NCBI GenBank assembly: GCA_951406725.2
Contig: OX597827.1
Coordinates: 46,996,001-47,060,000 of the forward strand
Source: Octopus vulgaris
Lineage: Eukaryota
DNA: 64,000 nt
Reading direction: 5' to 3'
Positions 39,300 to 52,657 of this stretch are shown here, piece by piece. The translations under genes and the position numbers were made by a program. A model generated the notes under the pieces. It was not told the origin of the DNA and searched no databases. It was given only the letters and a program-made list of their open reading frames with translations. Every line of letters starts with the position of its first letter. Within the stretch, counting starts at the first letter, position 1.

Positions 39300-40415
39300 A
39301 AGGCGGTGAGCTGGCAGAGTCGTTAGCATGCCGGGCGAAATGCTTGGCGGTGTTTCGTCTCCTGCTACGTTCTGAGTTCAAATTCCGCCGAGGTCGACTT
39401 TGATTTTCATCCTTTCGGGGTCGATAAATTAAGTACCAGTTGCGTACTGGGGTCGATCTTATCGACTAGCACCGTCCCCCAAAATTTCGCGCCTTGTGCC
39501 TAGAGTAGAAAAGAATCGTTAGCAAGCCGGGCGAAAGGCTTAGCGGTATTTCAGCTGTCTTCATGTTCTGAGTTCAAATTTCACCGTGGTCGACTTTGAC
39601 TTTCATCCTTTCGGGGTCGATAAAATTAGTACCAGTTACGCCCTGGAGGTCGATGTAATCGACTGAATCCCTTCCCCCAAATTTGAGGTCTTGTGCTTCA
39701 AGTAAAAAGGTTATTATTATTATTGTGCTGTTAAGGCGGCGAGCTGGCAAAATCGTTAGCGTACCGGACAAAAAATACATAACGTTATTTCTTTCGATTC
39801 ATTAACATCCGGGCTCAAATATTGCTAAGGTCAACTTTGCCTCTGACCCTTCTGTAATCGATAAAATAAAGTAACAATCAAACACAAGAATCGATACAAT
39901 CGATCTACCTCATCCCACTATTATTGCTGGTGTTGTGTCAACATTCAAAATTCGGAGCCATTATAATTATTTCTGAGGCGGTATGCTGGCAGAATTGTTA
40001 AAGCGTCGGATAACTACTTTGCGGTAAATATTTCTTCCGACTCATTACGATCTCAGATCATATTACGCCGAGGTCTACTTTGCCTTTCATCCTTTCGGGG
40101 TCGATAAAATAAATACCAGATTAATGTTGTAATGGTGTCGATGTAATAGTCTATTTCCCTCCCACAAAATTTCAGGCCTTGTACCTATAGTAGAAACGAT
40201 TATTTTTGGCGAGCTGGTAGAATCGTTAGCACACCAGGCTCACTGCTTAGCGGCATTTCGACCGTCTACATATTCTGAGCTCAAATTACGCCGAGGTCTA
40301 CTTTGCCTTTCGTCCTTTCGGAATCAACAAAATAAATACCAATTGAGTAATGGGGTCGGTGTACTCGTCTATACCCTACCATAGATTTCAGGTCTCGTGC
40401 CTATAGTAGAAAGGT
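39300..40415 (+). mobile_element. Five tandem family B SINEs of differing divergence
   Basis: Heads ggcgg(t/c)gagctggcag at 39302, 39735, 39977 and 40208, plus a fused copy at ~39514; central gcctttcatcctttcggggtcgataaa..aagtacc resembles the Meta-SINE domain (from memory). Confidence 0.88.
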
Positions 40416-40559
40416 TTATTATTGTTGTTGTTGCAGTTATTTTTCCATTGCACAGTATAGATCTGGCACTGGTTTCGTTCTTCTTGTTAACTATGAAACC
40501 TTAACAGAAAACTTCAGATAGAAAGTATTCTTCTAATAATATGAGCTGATCCATAGAAT

Positions 40560-41500
40560 AGAGATCTATGGAAACTTGCATGCCTGTCGTAATGTCTAAC
40601 CATGTAATACGGTAGTGATTTTGGGGGTATTAAACTTAATGCTCAAATAGAAACCGGTAAGACTTTTTCACTTTTGCTGGCAGGCAACCCCACTTTCTTG
40701 TCAAAAATATTTTGGTCTGAAGGAATCGCAACGCCTATCGAAGACGTGTTTTTGATATCTGGTCCAAGGTGCTCAATTATGCTATCTGTACGGATATGAA
40801 TTTTCTATTGAATCTTTGGTTTATTTGCTTCATTTAGAGACTTTTTCAGATATATCTTTGAACTACTAGTCTGACGTGTTATAGCCAATGCTCTTTTTTA
40901 TACAAAGTAACCAGTACAAATTTAGTCAGATGTTATCATGACGTCGCTTATATTGTTTCTGAGCTAACATTTTACAATAATAATATTTATATTTAACAAC
41001 CTGCTACAATAAAAATCAATATTTTCCACTCATTCAAGACACTGGCGCTATTTGTTTTGTGCAGTAAATTTCTTTAATCATTGAATCAATATTTCATTCT
41101 TGATCTTAAGCAGCTTCAAACAAATGTTTTGTTTCTTGAAAAAACAAAAAAATCCAAAGCTGTATCACGTTTATCTTTGCTTTTTCTGTTTTAGTTAAAT
41201 TTGTCGAACATAGATTACTTTTTGTAAGATACATCGTCCACTCCATCTTCCTCAGCTGTCTTCTGTCGAGTTTCTCATTTTGACCTTAATGTTGTCAGCC
41301 CAGATTCATTCCAATAACGATTCATGATTTTTCACATTCTTAATATCCCTTTCAAAGTATCCGCGCAGTTGCATTTCTTCGTGCGTTTCCTGTCTTTCAG
41401 GAATTAGCCTACTTTTGTAAACATTTTCACCTCGAGTTGAATATCAGCAAGGCATATTTAAGTAGGTCTTCATTTTCTTGTAAGGTGATGGTTTGCTGAT
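40560..41500 (-). pseudogene. Highly decayed R4/Dong-like LINE 3' part
   Basis: Minus strand FHIRTDSIIEHLGPDI (RLE ..TD..I...RPDI motif) near 40760-40800, and EEMQLRGYFERDIK near 41345-41385 (cf. WQEKHFHGKY in ORF 53461). Confidence 0.55.
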
Positions 41501-41911
41501 CTCTGCTACCCATTAATACAATTATAAATACTTACAAACAGTCTCCATACAACCTCACCTTTCATGTATAAACGGCTTATATTTGCCACGATTTTTCTCG
41601 TTTTCTTTCCGTCTATACCAATTTGTTATTTGTATTTTTCTTCTATTTAGTCTAGCTGTAGCAAGAACAGGTGCTCGCCTAAATTGTGGTTCCAGTAGCT
41701 TCGACAAACAATAGTTTCAAGAGACGAGAAGAATAAAAAGCATACAATGGAAATATCAGACACAGAAAGAGGTCCAAGACAGGCGTTTACACTTACGATT
41801 GTTCAATGGAAGGCACACACATAAACGGTGTTAGAAACATTAATTTAATTAAAAATAAAAAAAATAAAACAGCAATAACGTCCTCTCTAACGGCAATATT
41901 CCATCTAGCGA

Positions 41912-42695
41912 AGGCGGCGAGCTGGCAGAAACTTTAGCACGCCGGGCGAAATGCTTAGCTGTAATTCGTCTGCCGTTACGTTCTGAGTTCAAATTCCACC
42001 GAGGTCGACTTTGCCTTTCATCCTTTCGGGGTCGATTGAATAAGTACCAGTTACACACTGGGGTCGATATAATCGAATTAATCCGCTTGTCTGTCCTTGT
42101 TTGTCCTCTCTGTGTTCGACCCCTTGTGGGTAGTAAAGAAATAAGAAACAGGTATTTCATCTGTCTTTGCATTCTGAGTTCAAATTCCGCCGAGGTCAAC
42201 TTTGCTTTTCATCCTATCGGGGTCGATAAATTAAGTACCAGTTGCGTACTAGTATCGGGTTTGATATAATCGATATACCCCACTCCTCCAAAATTTCAGC
42301 CCTTGTGCTTTTAATAGCAAGGATTATTATTATTCCGTCAATGCTTCACGCTTTCGTGGTTGATAAAATAAGTACCTGCTGAAAACTGGGGTTCGATGTA
42401 ATCGACTCTCCCGGTACAAAAAAAAAAAAAACATTGCTCGTCTCATCATCATCATCATCATCACCATCATCATCATCATCGTTGGCAGGCCGGCAGAATC
42501 GTTAAGCAGGCCGGGCGAAATGTTTAGCGGTATTTCGTCTGTCGCAAAGTTATGGGTTCAAATTTCGCCGAGGTCAACTTTGCCTGCCATCCTTTCGTGG
42601 TCGATAAATTAAGCAGCAGTCAAGTATCAAGGTCACTGTGTTCGACTATCTCCCTCCCCCAAAATTTCAGTCCTTGTGCCAAAAGAAGAAAGGTT
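41912..42695 (+). mobile_element. Family B SINE dimer and further copies
   Basis: Family motifs as above. Confidence 0.87.
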
Positions 42696-42697
42696 TG

Positions 42698-42723
42698 TTA
42701 TTATTATTTTTATCATCATCATA

Positions 42724-42763
<40 letters not shown>

Positions 42764-42781
42764 TTTAATCTTCATCATCAC

Positions 42782-42850
<69 letters not shown>

Positions 42851-42858
42851 CATCATCC

Positions 42859-42889
<31 letters not shown>

Positions 42890-43335
42890 CCTCCTCCTCC
42901 TCCTCCTCCTCCTCCTCCTCATCATCATCATCATCATCATTAGTATTATTGTTGTTATTGCTTAATTTTTTATTCATTGCATTCGTATGATCATTATTGG
43001 GAAGTTTATAGTTTTCTTCTTTTTTTTCTTCTGTTTTCCCTCTTTTTTCTTAATTTTTTTTTCTTTCCCTTTTCTATCTGCTGTTGCTATAATTACAATT
43101 TATATCAAATTCAGCACGTCAATAAGTACTTCATCATTTCTTTGACATAGCAATAATCAATTCCAACAGAACCACCACCAGCGCTGCCACCGCTACTGCC
43201 ACCGCCACCGCCGTCGTCGCCTCCACCACCACCACCGCTGTCAACATCACAATTACCACCACTAATACCACCTTCACTACCACCACCACCAAAATAACAC
43301 CCACCTCCACCGCCGACGCCACCCCTCCACACCAC
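42698..43335. repeat. (ATT)n, (CAT)n, (CCT)n and (CAC)n-like tracts
   Basis: Direct reading. Confidence 0.88.
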
Positions 43336-43534
43336 TCCCTTCACCGACTACTTCTTGGTTAGCAACGTGGCAATAGCGGTTGTATAACATCTTGCAGTTA
43401 CAAAACAAAGACCAGCAAATAATAATAATATAAAAAAAGACAACAATAAAAAATAATATTAAAAAAATCAAAAAATGTCACATATATAATAATAACAATA
43501 TCTACTATGTGACAATAATATTACACAATGATAT

Positions 43535-43589
<55 letters not shown>

Positions 43590-43596
43590 CATATAA

Positions 43597-43629
<33 letters not shown>

Positions 43630-44131
43630 CATATAAATATATATATATAAATATATATATATAAATGCATATTGTGTAATATTATGGTTATGTAGTGGAT
43701 ATTTTTATTATACATGCGATACACATATATTGAGAAAGAGAGGAGGGAGAGGGGGAGAGAATGAGAGATACATGCATATATAAAATACTAAATCATACAT
43801 GATATTATCGAATGCATCAACATATACATCTTATATGCAATGACATAATTGCAAATGGCGTATGAAGGAACATTCTCATCGAAGACATACATGATTGTGG
43901 TTCACATTTGTTTTAATTTTGTTCTGCCATCTTCTTTCGTTTATTTTTTTCTTTTCTCTTACTTTAAAATCAATACTCTAGTTAATTTACTTCCAGGAAA
44001 TTTCTAGTTTGACGCTGCAATAAATTTCAATCCCATGTGACCTGTTTGTGGGAAGTTTTGCTATAAACATAAATTATAATTAATGAAAAGTCAAACAAAT
44101 ACGGTGTTTTTTTTTAATGTTATAGCTTCCA

Positions 44132-44165
<34 letters not shown>

Positions 44166-44168
<3 letters not shown>

Positions 44169-44621
44169 TATAATAAGGGATGACCACTAAGTGGACATCC
44201 AGTATGTTAGAAGAAGATTATCTACGGTCTAACTACAAAGAAAAGAATGTTCTCTAGAGAAATTCACCAAACACCAGAACAAAAGCGTGTAAGATAGAGG
44301 AAAATATACAAAATACAGAATTAATCGTAGACCGGTTTCGCCAATTAATGATATTTACTTACGTAATTCTCGTCCGTGGACTCGTCAGTACGATCGTTCC
44401 AATTCAATATAATTTATAGAGCTATGCACAAGTTGTCCTCATAAATTTTGACGTGTGTATAGTTCTACCGATTATATTGGGGTTATTTTCAACTGTCTAC
44501 GTTCTGGTGCGCTAAATCCCGGAAACAGTTCCGCAGTAGATAATTCACTGCAGTTAATGTTGCCGGTTAGAGAACATATTATTAAAATTTAAATAAATTA
44601 AAATAAATTAAATATTAAAAT

Positions 44622-44625
<4 letters not shown>
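44166..44625 (-). mobile_element. Solo pLTR/retrozyme-like non-coding element between (TA)n tracts
   Basis: Unique ~460 bp bounded by (TA)n on both sides; contains a canonical HHR; no ORF. Confidence 0.65.
44324..44394 (-). ncRNA. Type I minimal hammerhead ribozyme
   Basis: ATCGTA [CTGACGA] GTCCA...TTGGC [GAAA] CCGG [TC] TACGAT: perfect 6-bp stem I, weak stem II, palindrome ACCGGT. Confidence 0.82.
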
Positions 44626-44665
<40 letters not shown>

Positions 44666-44677
44666 TATATATATACA

Positions 44678-44732
<55 letters not shown>

Positions 44733-45556
44733 TACGGTTTATTCCTATTAGGCTGAGTTTGAGCTAAGCAACATGAGAGATTGCAGGTATTGAAATTGAA
44801 ATTCTGAATGTGTCATATTAGAACGAATTTACTGGCTGGTTGCATTCTAGGGCACTGGATAATGATTCGTGTACCGTTATATTTGGCAGAACCTATTTAT
44901 TTTTAATTCACAAAAAAACTAAAAACCCAGCCGTATCACTGTCAAATAATTCCCTACTATATAAACTGACAAAAGGACGTGCCCACCAAAATAAAACCAG
45001 ATGAATTATTTTCAAATAAAACAAACCAAAATAAAAAGACTAGATGGTTATGGCTAAAGTATATTTGGTCGTAAGTCTTCCCGATATGGACCACCTTACA
45101 ACCAAAATATTAACATATTTTACTGATTCACTATACTTGCGTTTCATTTACACAACGACGTAATTAGAAGGAATATAAACACGGTAAATTGGATGTGCCT
45201 GTCTGTATTTACATAATTAATCTTAAGCACGATTTACCGAAACTCCAATTAATTTATGTATGATGTTCAATTTGCAGTTCATGTAAATATAATCAGGTCT
45301 AGTTTGCTTGTGTTAATATTTTTCATGAAAATTATCTCTTATATCTCTTATTAGGTATGAAAAGCATTTTTGCTGACGATGACGATGCTTTCGTAAAAGA
45401 CAAAACTGTCAGTATAAATCTGTATACTTAGTACCCTTGTTTGATAAATACGCATTGTTGTAGATACAGTCCTATTTACGGATCTATTCGGCTGTCGTAA
45501 AATATATATATATATATATATATAGGAGTGGCTGTGTGGTAAGTAGCTTGTCTAAC

Positions 45557-47803
45557 ACACATGCGCAGTTAGTCAGTTGCTTCCTGTTCAGCCAGAGTGG
45601 ACGCGAGTCAACCAGCTCCGTCCAATTAAAGAAAAAAGACCAAAAACGGAAAGTTGTCGAGGTAAGTGATTTTGTTTATTGTGAGTTGGGCATAATTTAT
45701 TGCGTACCAATTATTATTTCAGTAAGTTGTGTCCAACTCTGAGACAATTTCGCCTGCTCTCGGCGGCTGCCGTTTTTGTGTTCATTGAAAAAAAAAAAAG
45801 AAAAAACAGTGGAGGGGCGTATCCTCGAAATTCAATACAGTTACTGTTAAAATTACTGTTGGCGGTAGCCAGTGCTGTGTTTGGGTTTGTTGAATTTATT
45901 CCCTTGTCAGAGTACTTCGCAAGAAAATTATAAAAATAAGCCACTATTGGATTACCTTTCGGACCCATTTTTGTGGAGGTTGTGTTGCAGTTGCGGCGTT
46001 CCAGGTTCAACCCAGGCCGGGAGTACCGCAAGGCCAGAATATTTTTGCTGTGTTTTTTCTGTTTATTAACTTTCTTTTGAACTTCATTTAACCCCCACTT
46101 TTGTTTTTTTCTTTATTGCGACTTTCCGTTAATTTCTTCCCTTCTGTTGTGCTTTCTCCTTTTTGTTTTTTCAAAAATCTATCAAATTTTATTTGGACTT
46201 TTGAACTTTTTTCTTCCTGCTTTTTGAGTTTAATTTGAATATATTTAAAAAACATGGCAATGAAAAATAACAAAATTTTGGAGTGGGAAATCATACCACC
46301 TAAAAAGTGGTTAACAGACCGTGAAGATAGGACGGTAGTGTTGAGAACCTACTCCAAGGCACTCGACACCATCGCCCTATTCGAAAAGACGGCAATTGAA
46401 AAGGAGTTGGAAGAGTATTTGCCAACAATTAAATTCATTTCCAGGGGTGTCAAATATGCAACGGTGTGGTTGCTATTTGACACCCCTGAAGAGGCTTGCA
46501 AATTTGCTAGCAAACCCCTGGAGAGTAAGGAAATCTTATTCCTGCCCACGTACAAAAAAAAGAAATTGATGAAAGCTTGGATTTGCGGACTGCCACCCGA
46601 CATAGAACCCGAGTGGATAGAGGAGACTATCCGCCGGGGTCTGGGTGACAGCGAAACTAAGCTCCTCAATGTAAAAGTTCTTCCTGCGGCTGCTTGGGTT
46701 GGGTCAAAAGCAATTTTGACCCTGTGGACCCAATCAGCCAATCTGGTTCTTCCAGATTTTTTGAAAATGGCCGGGTGCAGGTACCCGGTGATGCTTGAGG
46801 GTCGCCCCCCCCAAGTGTCATCGGTGCTTGGAGTCCGGCCACATAAAGAAGAACTGTCCTCGGGAACAAAATAGGATCCCGGAACAGTTAAGTAAAACCC
46901 CTCTAGAAGAGGGAACGATAACGGCCGAGAAAGCAGAGGACTCCTCAAACAGAGGCCGAAAGAGGAAGGTGAGCAACAATGGGTGCTCACCAAAGGATAA
47001 TAGGGATGAGGAGAGGAAGGCGAATCTTCCAGCCACAGCGCACCCTCCCTCAGTTGAAAAGGGGAAAAAAAAGAAAAAGAGGAAGAAAAACGGGACATTA
47101 CCGGCTGTCAGTGTAGCACCGGAATGTCCCGGAACTACGTCGGTTGGGGTTGTGCCACCGACAAGAGAAGGAATACCGTTGGCGGGAACTGTGCCGCCAA
47201 CGAAAGAACTGAACGTATTGGTCCTCTTCTATAGAGGAGGAGAAATTGAAAAAGTGATGGAAGAGCACTACAAGGGAGCACCTTTAGCCTTCACACAGGA
47301 CCCCGAATGGCCTCCGCAGGTAGCTGTGGAGGCCGTGGCGTTCGACGTGACGCTTGGGCTAAAGGAACTCAATGAAGATTATAACTTGGTCCCGGGCGAC
47401 GCGAACTCGGAACTTGATTACGTTCTGAGGGAGGCGTGGTTGATGGTGGAGGGCGCGGGCACAAGCTATTTCGAGGACGATATGTAATTATTGAACTGTT
47501 ATTATTAGTAATGGACTTAAGTCCAAAAATTGAAAAATTGTAAGAAGATTAATACCTTGTTTTGTATTAATAATGGACTGCTAAGTCCAAAAATTGGAAA
47601 AATTGTAAGAGGTTTAATACCTCGTTTTGTGTTTATCCTTAAAAAGAACAATGTTTTAGAGAAGCAAAAGTCGGCGGGCGCTTTCTGTTTTCTCCCATCC
47701 TTATCATCTTTCTTTCATTATTATTCACCTCATTAATGTCCTCGTCCAGCCCGCAAAGCTAACTTAATCTGTGTACTGCCTTTATGGCAAATGTTTTGAA
47801 ATA
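45557..47803 (+). mobile_element. ORF1-only L1/Tx1-like (HAL1-like) retroelement with TSD
   Basis: TSD aagtagcttg(t)ctaac at 45541-45556 and 47804-47818; AATAAA at 47800-47805; splits a family A SINE; no EN or RT. Confidence 0.82.
46254..47487 (+). CDS. Gag-like ORF1p with CCHC zinc knuckle (one frameshift in the C run at ~46805-46812)
   Basis: ORFs 46254-46874 and 46795-47487 join as LEGRPP-KCHRCLESGHIKKNCP; upstream ICGLPPDI..EWI is typical of L1/Tx1 ORF1 RRM-like regions; basic KKKKKRKK patch. Confidence 0.82.
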
Positions 47804-48184
47804 AAGTAGCTTGCTAACCAACCACATGGTTCTGGGTTCAGTCCCACTGCGTGGCATCTTGAGCAAGTGTCTTCTGCTATAGCCCCGGGCCGACCAATGC
47901 CTTGTGAGTGGATTTGGTAGACGGAAACTGAAAGAAGCCTGTCGTATATATGTATATATATGTATATATGTGTGTTTGTGTGTGTGTTTGTCCCCCTAGC
48001 ATTGCTTGACAACCGATGCTGGTGTGGTTACGTGCCCGTCACTTAGCGGTTCGGCAAAAGAGACCGATAGAATAAGTACTGGGCTTACAAAGAATAAGTC
48101 CTGGGGTCGATTTGCTCGACTAAAGGCGGTGCTCCAGCATGGCCGCAGTCAAATGACTGAAACAAGTAAAAGAGAGTAAAAGAG
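47804..48184 (+). mobile_element. Family A SINE body (head at 45524-45556)
   Basis: Continues the head ggagtggctgtgtggtaagtagcttg across the insertion. Confidence 0.9.
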
Positions 48185-48205
48185 TATATATATATATATA
48201 TACTC

Positions 48206-48238
<33 letters not shown>

Positions 48239-49472
48239 GAAAATGGGACAAGATATGTCCTGTTATTATTTTTATTGTTTTTATTATTGTATTTATATTT
48301 TTGTAGCGTTTGTCCGTCCTTGTTTTTGTATACATTCGCTGCTTTCTTCCAAAGAACCTAATGCTCTTAGCTGACTGTTTCCTTGAGGCTGGCCAGATTA
48401 GAGCAATCTCAAAATTAATCAGCCGAAATTGCGAGGATAATATGGTGCTTGACTGACGATAGAAGGCTTCGAATGACCCGTCCTTGTTTTCTTTGTATCA
48501 TCTTTCTGGATGTTTTGTTGTCTCTTTTTGTATCACCTAGTTCTCTGGATGTTTGCTTTCTTGTCCCATTTTCTATTCTATATATATAGGAGCGTACGTA
48601 CACATTGTTCTCTTATATATATATATATATAGTTCGTGTGTGTATATGCGGCGGTGTGTGTGTCTCTTTTCACACGTCTACACACATACACTCACATACT
48701 AACATGCCGTATTTTCCTTCATAGAATTCGTGAAAATATAAACTGTAAACATTTAAACAGCGTCACTATCATTCCGAGTTCTGCTGCATTTCACATGTAA
48801 TGTTTTGGTTCCCAGTGTATAAATCAATCTACCTTTTTGTACCCTCTAAAATAACTCTAAAATAAGTGGTTCTAAAATAAAGTATTTGTGTTGCGTTAAC
48901 TTCCTTCGTCATTCGGTTAGGCATGTACATACGCATTCGTTGTGAGACTTCATTTGCACAGTTGCTGTAGCATTCAAGGGGGCGGCATACAAATTGTGCT
49001 ATATTAATATAGCGCAATTATTAGATCAGGCGCGAGTCATCTTCTTTTAATTATCTCTCTTTGTCTTATATTTCCTAGAATTTGATTACATTATTTCAAA
49101 TTATAACGCTCATGTGACTCCCTGTGTCCTGTATTAGCATAACATCACCACATTATATATAAGGGTCAATCGTGTATTAATTTCTACACGCCGTATTTTT
49201 TTAATAGCAATATAGGTCCTGTAAAAATTATTGACTAACGATTGAGGCGTGCTATAGATTCAGGAGGTGATAACACTGTTTCCTCTTGTTTTGTCCCGTT
49301 TAACAGAAACAAATTAGTAACACTCTACACCCACCATTGAGTACTTTCCATACGTTTGTGAAATTAGCACGTACATCGACAAACACACACAAACATTTTA
49401 AATTATAGCTTTCTTTATATGGAGCAATATGTGGTAGATCATGCGGAAAGTACTGGAATCAGGGCATGTAAG

Positions 49473-49595
<123 letters not shown>

Positions 49596-49659
49596 GTCTG
49601 TCTGTCTGTCTGTCTGTACATGCATATATATTTATATATATATTATATAAAATATATAT

Positions 49660-49722
<63 letters not shown>

Positions 49723-49819
49723 ATCCAAACATGAAAACACAAAGAGAAAGCACAACAACGCGAGGACGTGGAACAAATATAGTATTATTGGACGCTCAGG
49801 AAAGAAGGAAAGATGGAGG

Positions 49820-49854
49820 GTTTAACATTTCGAGCGGAGCTCTTCGTCAGTAAC
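49820..49854 (-). ncRNA. Minimal HHR variant in a TA-flanked ~210 bp repeat (49718-49930)
   Basis: CTGACGA-A-GAGC-TCC-GCTC-GAAA-TGTTA. Confidence 0.65.
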
Positions 49855-51335
49855 ATAGGAGAAGGAAAGATCCAGAGAAGGGAAGACAGAGGAAAAAAAA
49901 TCGCCAACAGTACACAGGCGGTCACATTTTGAATATATATATATATATATATATATACATACATACACATATACGGGTACAAGACGTTACCTACGGTAAT
50001 TAACATGAAATACGAAAGCAAATGAGTCCAATACGCAAACAACGAGAGAAGCAAATGGAAAACAGGACAAGTAGCACAAAGAACGACCCTTCGAGCACTG
50101 AATAACAATATGAGTCTTCGAAGACAGTTGCTCCCATAAGTGCGAAAATGAAATTTTGGAATTTATGGAGTGCCAAAGTGAGGAAGAAAATCAGGGCAGT
50201 GGAGACATACAAGGAAACCGAACGAAAACAAACATATAATCATACATAGACATATAAGCATACCTATCATTTAATACACGCATTAAAATCAGCACAAGGA
50301 ATATTATATTGGTGGAACATTCCCATAAAAGTCTTCTACGGAGTGTAAGCATAAAGGGTTAGATATTATTGTTTGGGAAAGACATACGACCAGAGAGGAC
50401 AGCTGCCCTGCTGATGTGACTATATTTCCGAAAACCAAAGATAACTACGGACAGCTACTTCAAAACCTCCAGCTTCGATACCGAGATTATAAATTCTCAT
50501 TTACATCAATAATAAACGGTGTGAGAATATGGAAAAGTAGAATTTTCAGAAATGGTAATTAAGCGACTAACGCATATGACGATTGCAATTTGTAAGCGGA
50601 AAGGTAAAAATATGCAAAACATTTTAGAATGTTCATAAAGTTAAAATTCTAAAACCGTTTTTATCTGCATTCAAAGAATGAAGGTTTCTTTTTTATCTTT
50701 GTTAGAAACCAGTTCCTTCTTTACAGAAAGATTACATATAATGAAAAGCCGATGAGACCACACGCTTTTTTACACGCTTGCGCTCTTACACGTCTGCGCA
50801 CACATTTGTGTGTGTGTGTGTGAAGACATTTCGACAGTGATTTCCGCTCCACCTGCCAGACTTGTCCGAAGAATGCCCAAGGACATAGACGCAAAACTCG
50901 AAGTAACGGAAAGCTGGAAAATATCACATTAAGTAATAAAGAATTGCTGTCCAGAAAATATTGATTTGTTTAAATTTTATTTTGTTGTATTACGCTGAAC
51001 ATAATCTTATCCACGTGCATTCTACTATGTATGTAGATATATATGTACGCACTTTTGTATGTGTTAATATGCATGTGTTTGTGTGTGTATGTGTGGATGT
51101 TTGTGTGTGAGGGCATATGATTGTATGCATGGGTGTGTATATGTGTACATATGTCTGCGTCTCTTCCCAAAGCAACAATGGCGAACTGCTGCGACAAATT
51201 CGGAAGCTGTCTTGAGATAGTGGTGGAAGACGAGGGCGGCTATAGGACGAGGGCGGCTATAGTAAATTGCTATCTCAATATAATAATCTAGTAAATATCG
51301 TTGACATTTTAGAAATACTTTTACTTTGAGTATGC

Positions 51336-51368
<33 letters not shown>

Positions 51369-51448
51369 GTTACAAATTGAGATAGGGGTTGTAAATGCAG
51401 CCCTCTATGGGATAACATATATCCAATATATATATACATGTATATATA

Positions 51449-51514
<66 letters not shown>

Positions 51515-51608
51515 ATCCAAACCTAAAAAAGAGAAAACACAACAACGCGAGGACGTGGAACAAGTATAGTGTTATGGGACGCTCAGGAGAGGAAATAAAG
51601 AAGGAAGA

Positions 51609-51641
51609 TTTAACGTTTCGAGCGGAGCTCTTCATCAGAAA
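51609..51641 (-). ncRNA. Minimal HHR variant in a TA-flanked ~200 bp repeat (51510-51710)
   Basis: TTT CTGATGA-A-GAGC-TCC-GCTC-GAAA-CGTTA AA with palindrome AACGTT; same family as 49718-49930. Confidence 0.7.
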
Positions 51642-51785
51642 CAGAGAAAAAGGAAAGGTCCAAGGAAGGGAAGACGGAGAAAGAAAATCGCCAACGATAC
51701 AGACGCGGTCATATATATATATACATATATATTATGGAGATGTAATTGCATAGCAAGTGATTTGATCGTGTGCTGAAACAAAAAC

Positions 51786-52657
51786 AATTGTAGTGTGGAA
51801 GATGTTTATAAGCCATTTAAGAACATACAAAAACCGTTCGATTCACTTCAACATGTAAATTTAATTTGCCAAAATATTTTCGTCGCTTTGAGACCGCGAC
51901 CTGTTCACTGAACAAAATTCCGTGCTGCATCTGAGAAAGGAACAATTAGTTCGTGACATATATGTACTTATGTATATGTGTATGTATGTATGTATGTATG
52001 TATGTATGTATGTATGTATGTATGTATGTATGTATGTATGTGTGTATGTATGTATGTGTGTATGTATGTATGCAAGCATGTATCTATATATGTTTGTATG
52101 TATGCATGTATGTATGTATGTACGTATGTACTTAATTACGCATCTAAGTATTTAGGTAAGTGTGTAGACGTGTCTGTGCGTGTGTGTACATGTGTGTACA
52201 TGTGTATGTATATAGGTGTGTGTGAATATACAACCTTCGACAAAGTAACAGTATACAACTTGAACTGACACATATCAGTACATAAACATACGTTCACATG
52301 TACATACACATGTACACACACTCAGACAGACACCTCTACACGCTTACCTAAATATTTACATACATTCATAAGTACATATAGGCATGCACCCATGCATACG
52401 CATGTACACATATGCATACGCACATACATGTACACACACATACAAATGTACATACATACATACACACATACATACGTACATATATATCATGTAATAACTG
52501 TTACTTTCTCAGATGCAGCACGGAATTTTGTCAGTGAACAGGTTGTGGTCTCAAAGCGATAAAAATATTTTGTCAAATTAAATTTAAATGTTGATGTGAA
52601 TCTAACGGTTTTTGTGCGTTTCTTAAATGGCTTATAAACACCTTCCACGCTACAATT
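51786..52657. repeat. ~870 bp diverged foldback with TA-rich flanks
   Basis: 51786-51940 pairs with 52504-52657; (TATG)n mirrors (CATA)n; tatttaggtaagtgtgtaga mirrors tctacacgcttacctaaata; centre near 52250. Confidence 0.88.

Noticed and set aside
46349-47098. 249-aa minus-strand ORF
   Set aside because: Antisense shadow of the GC-richer ORF1; no motifs.
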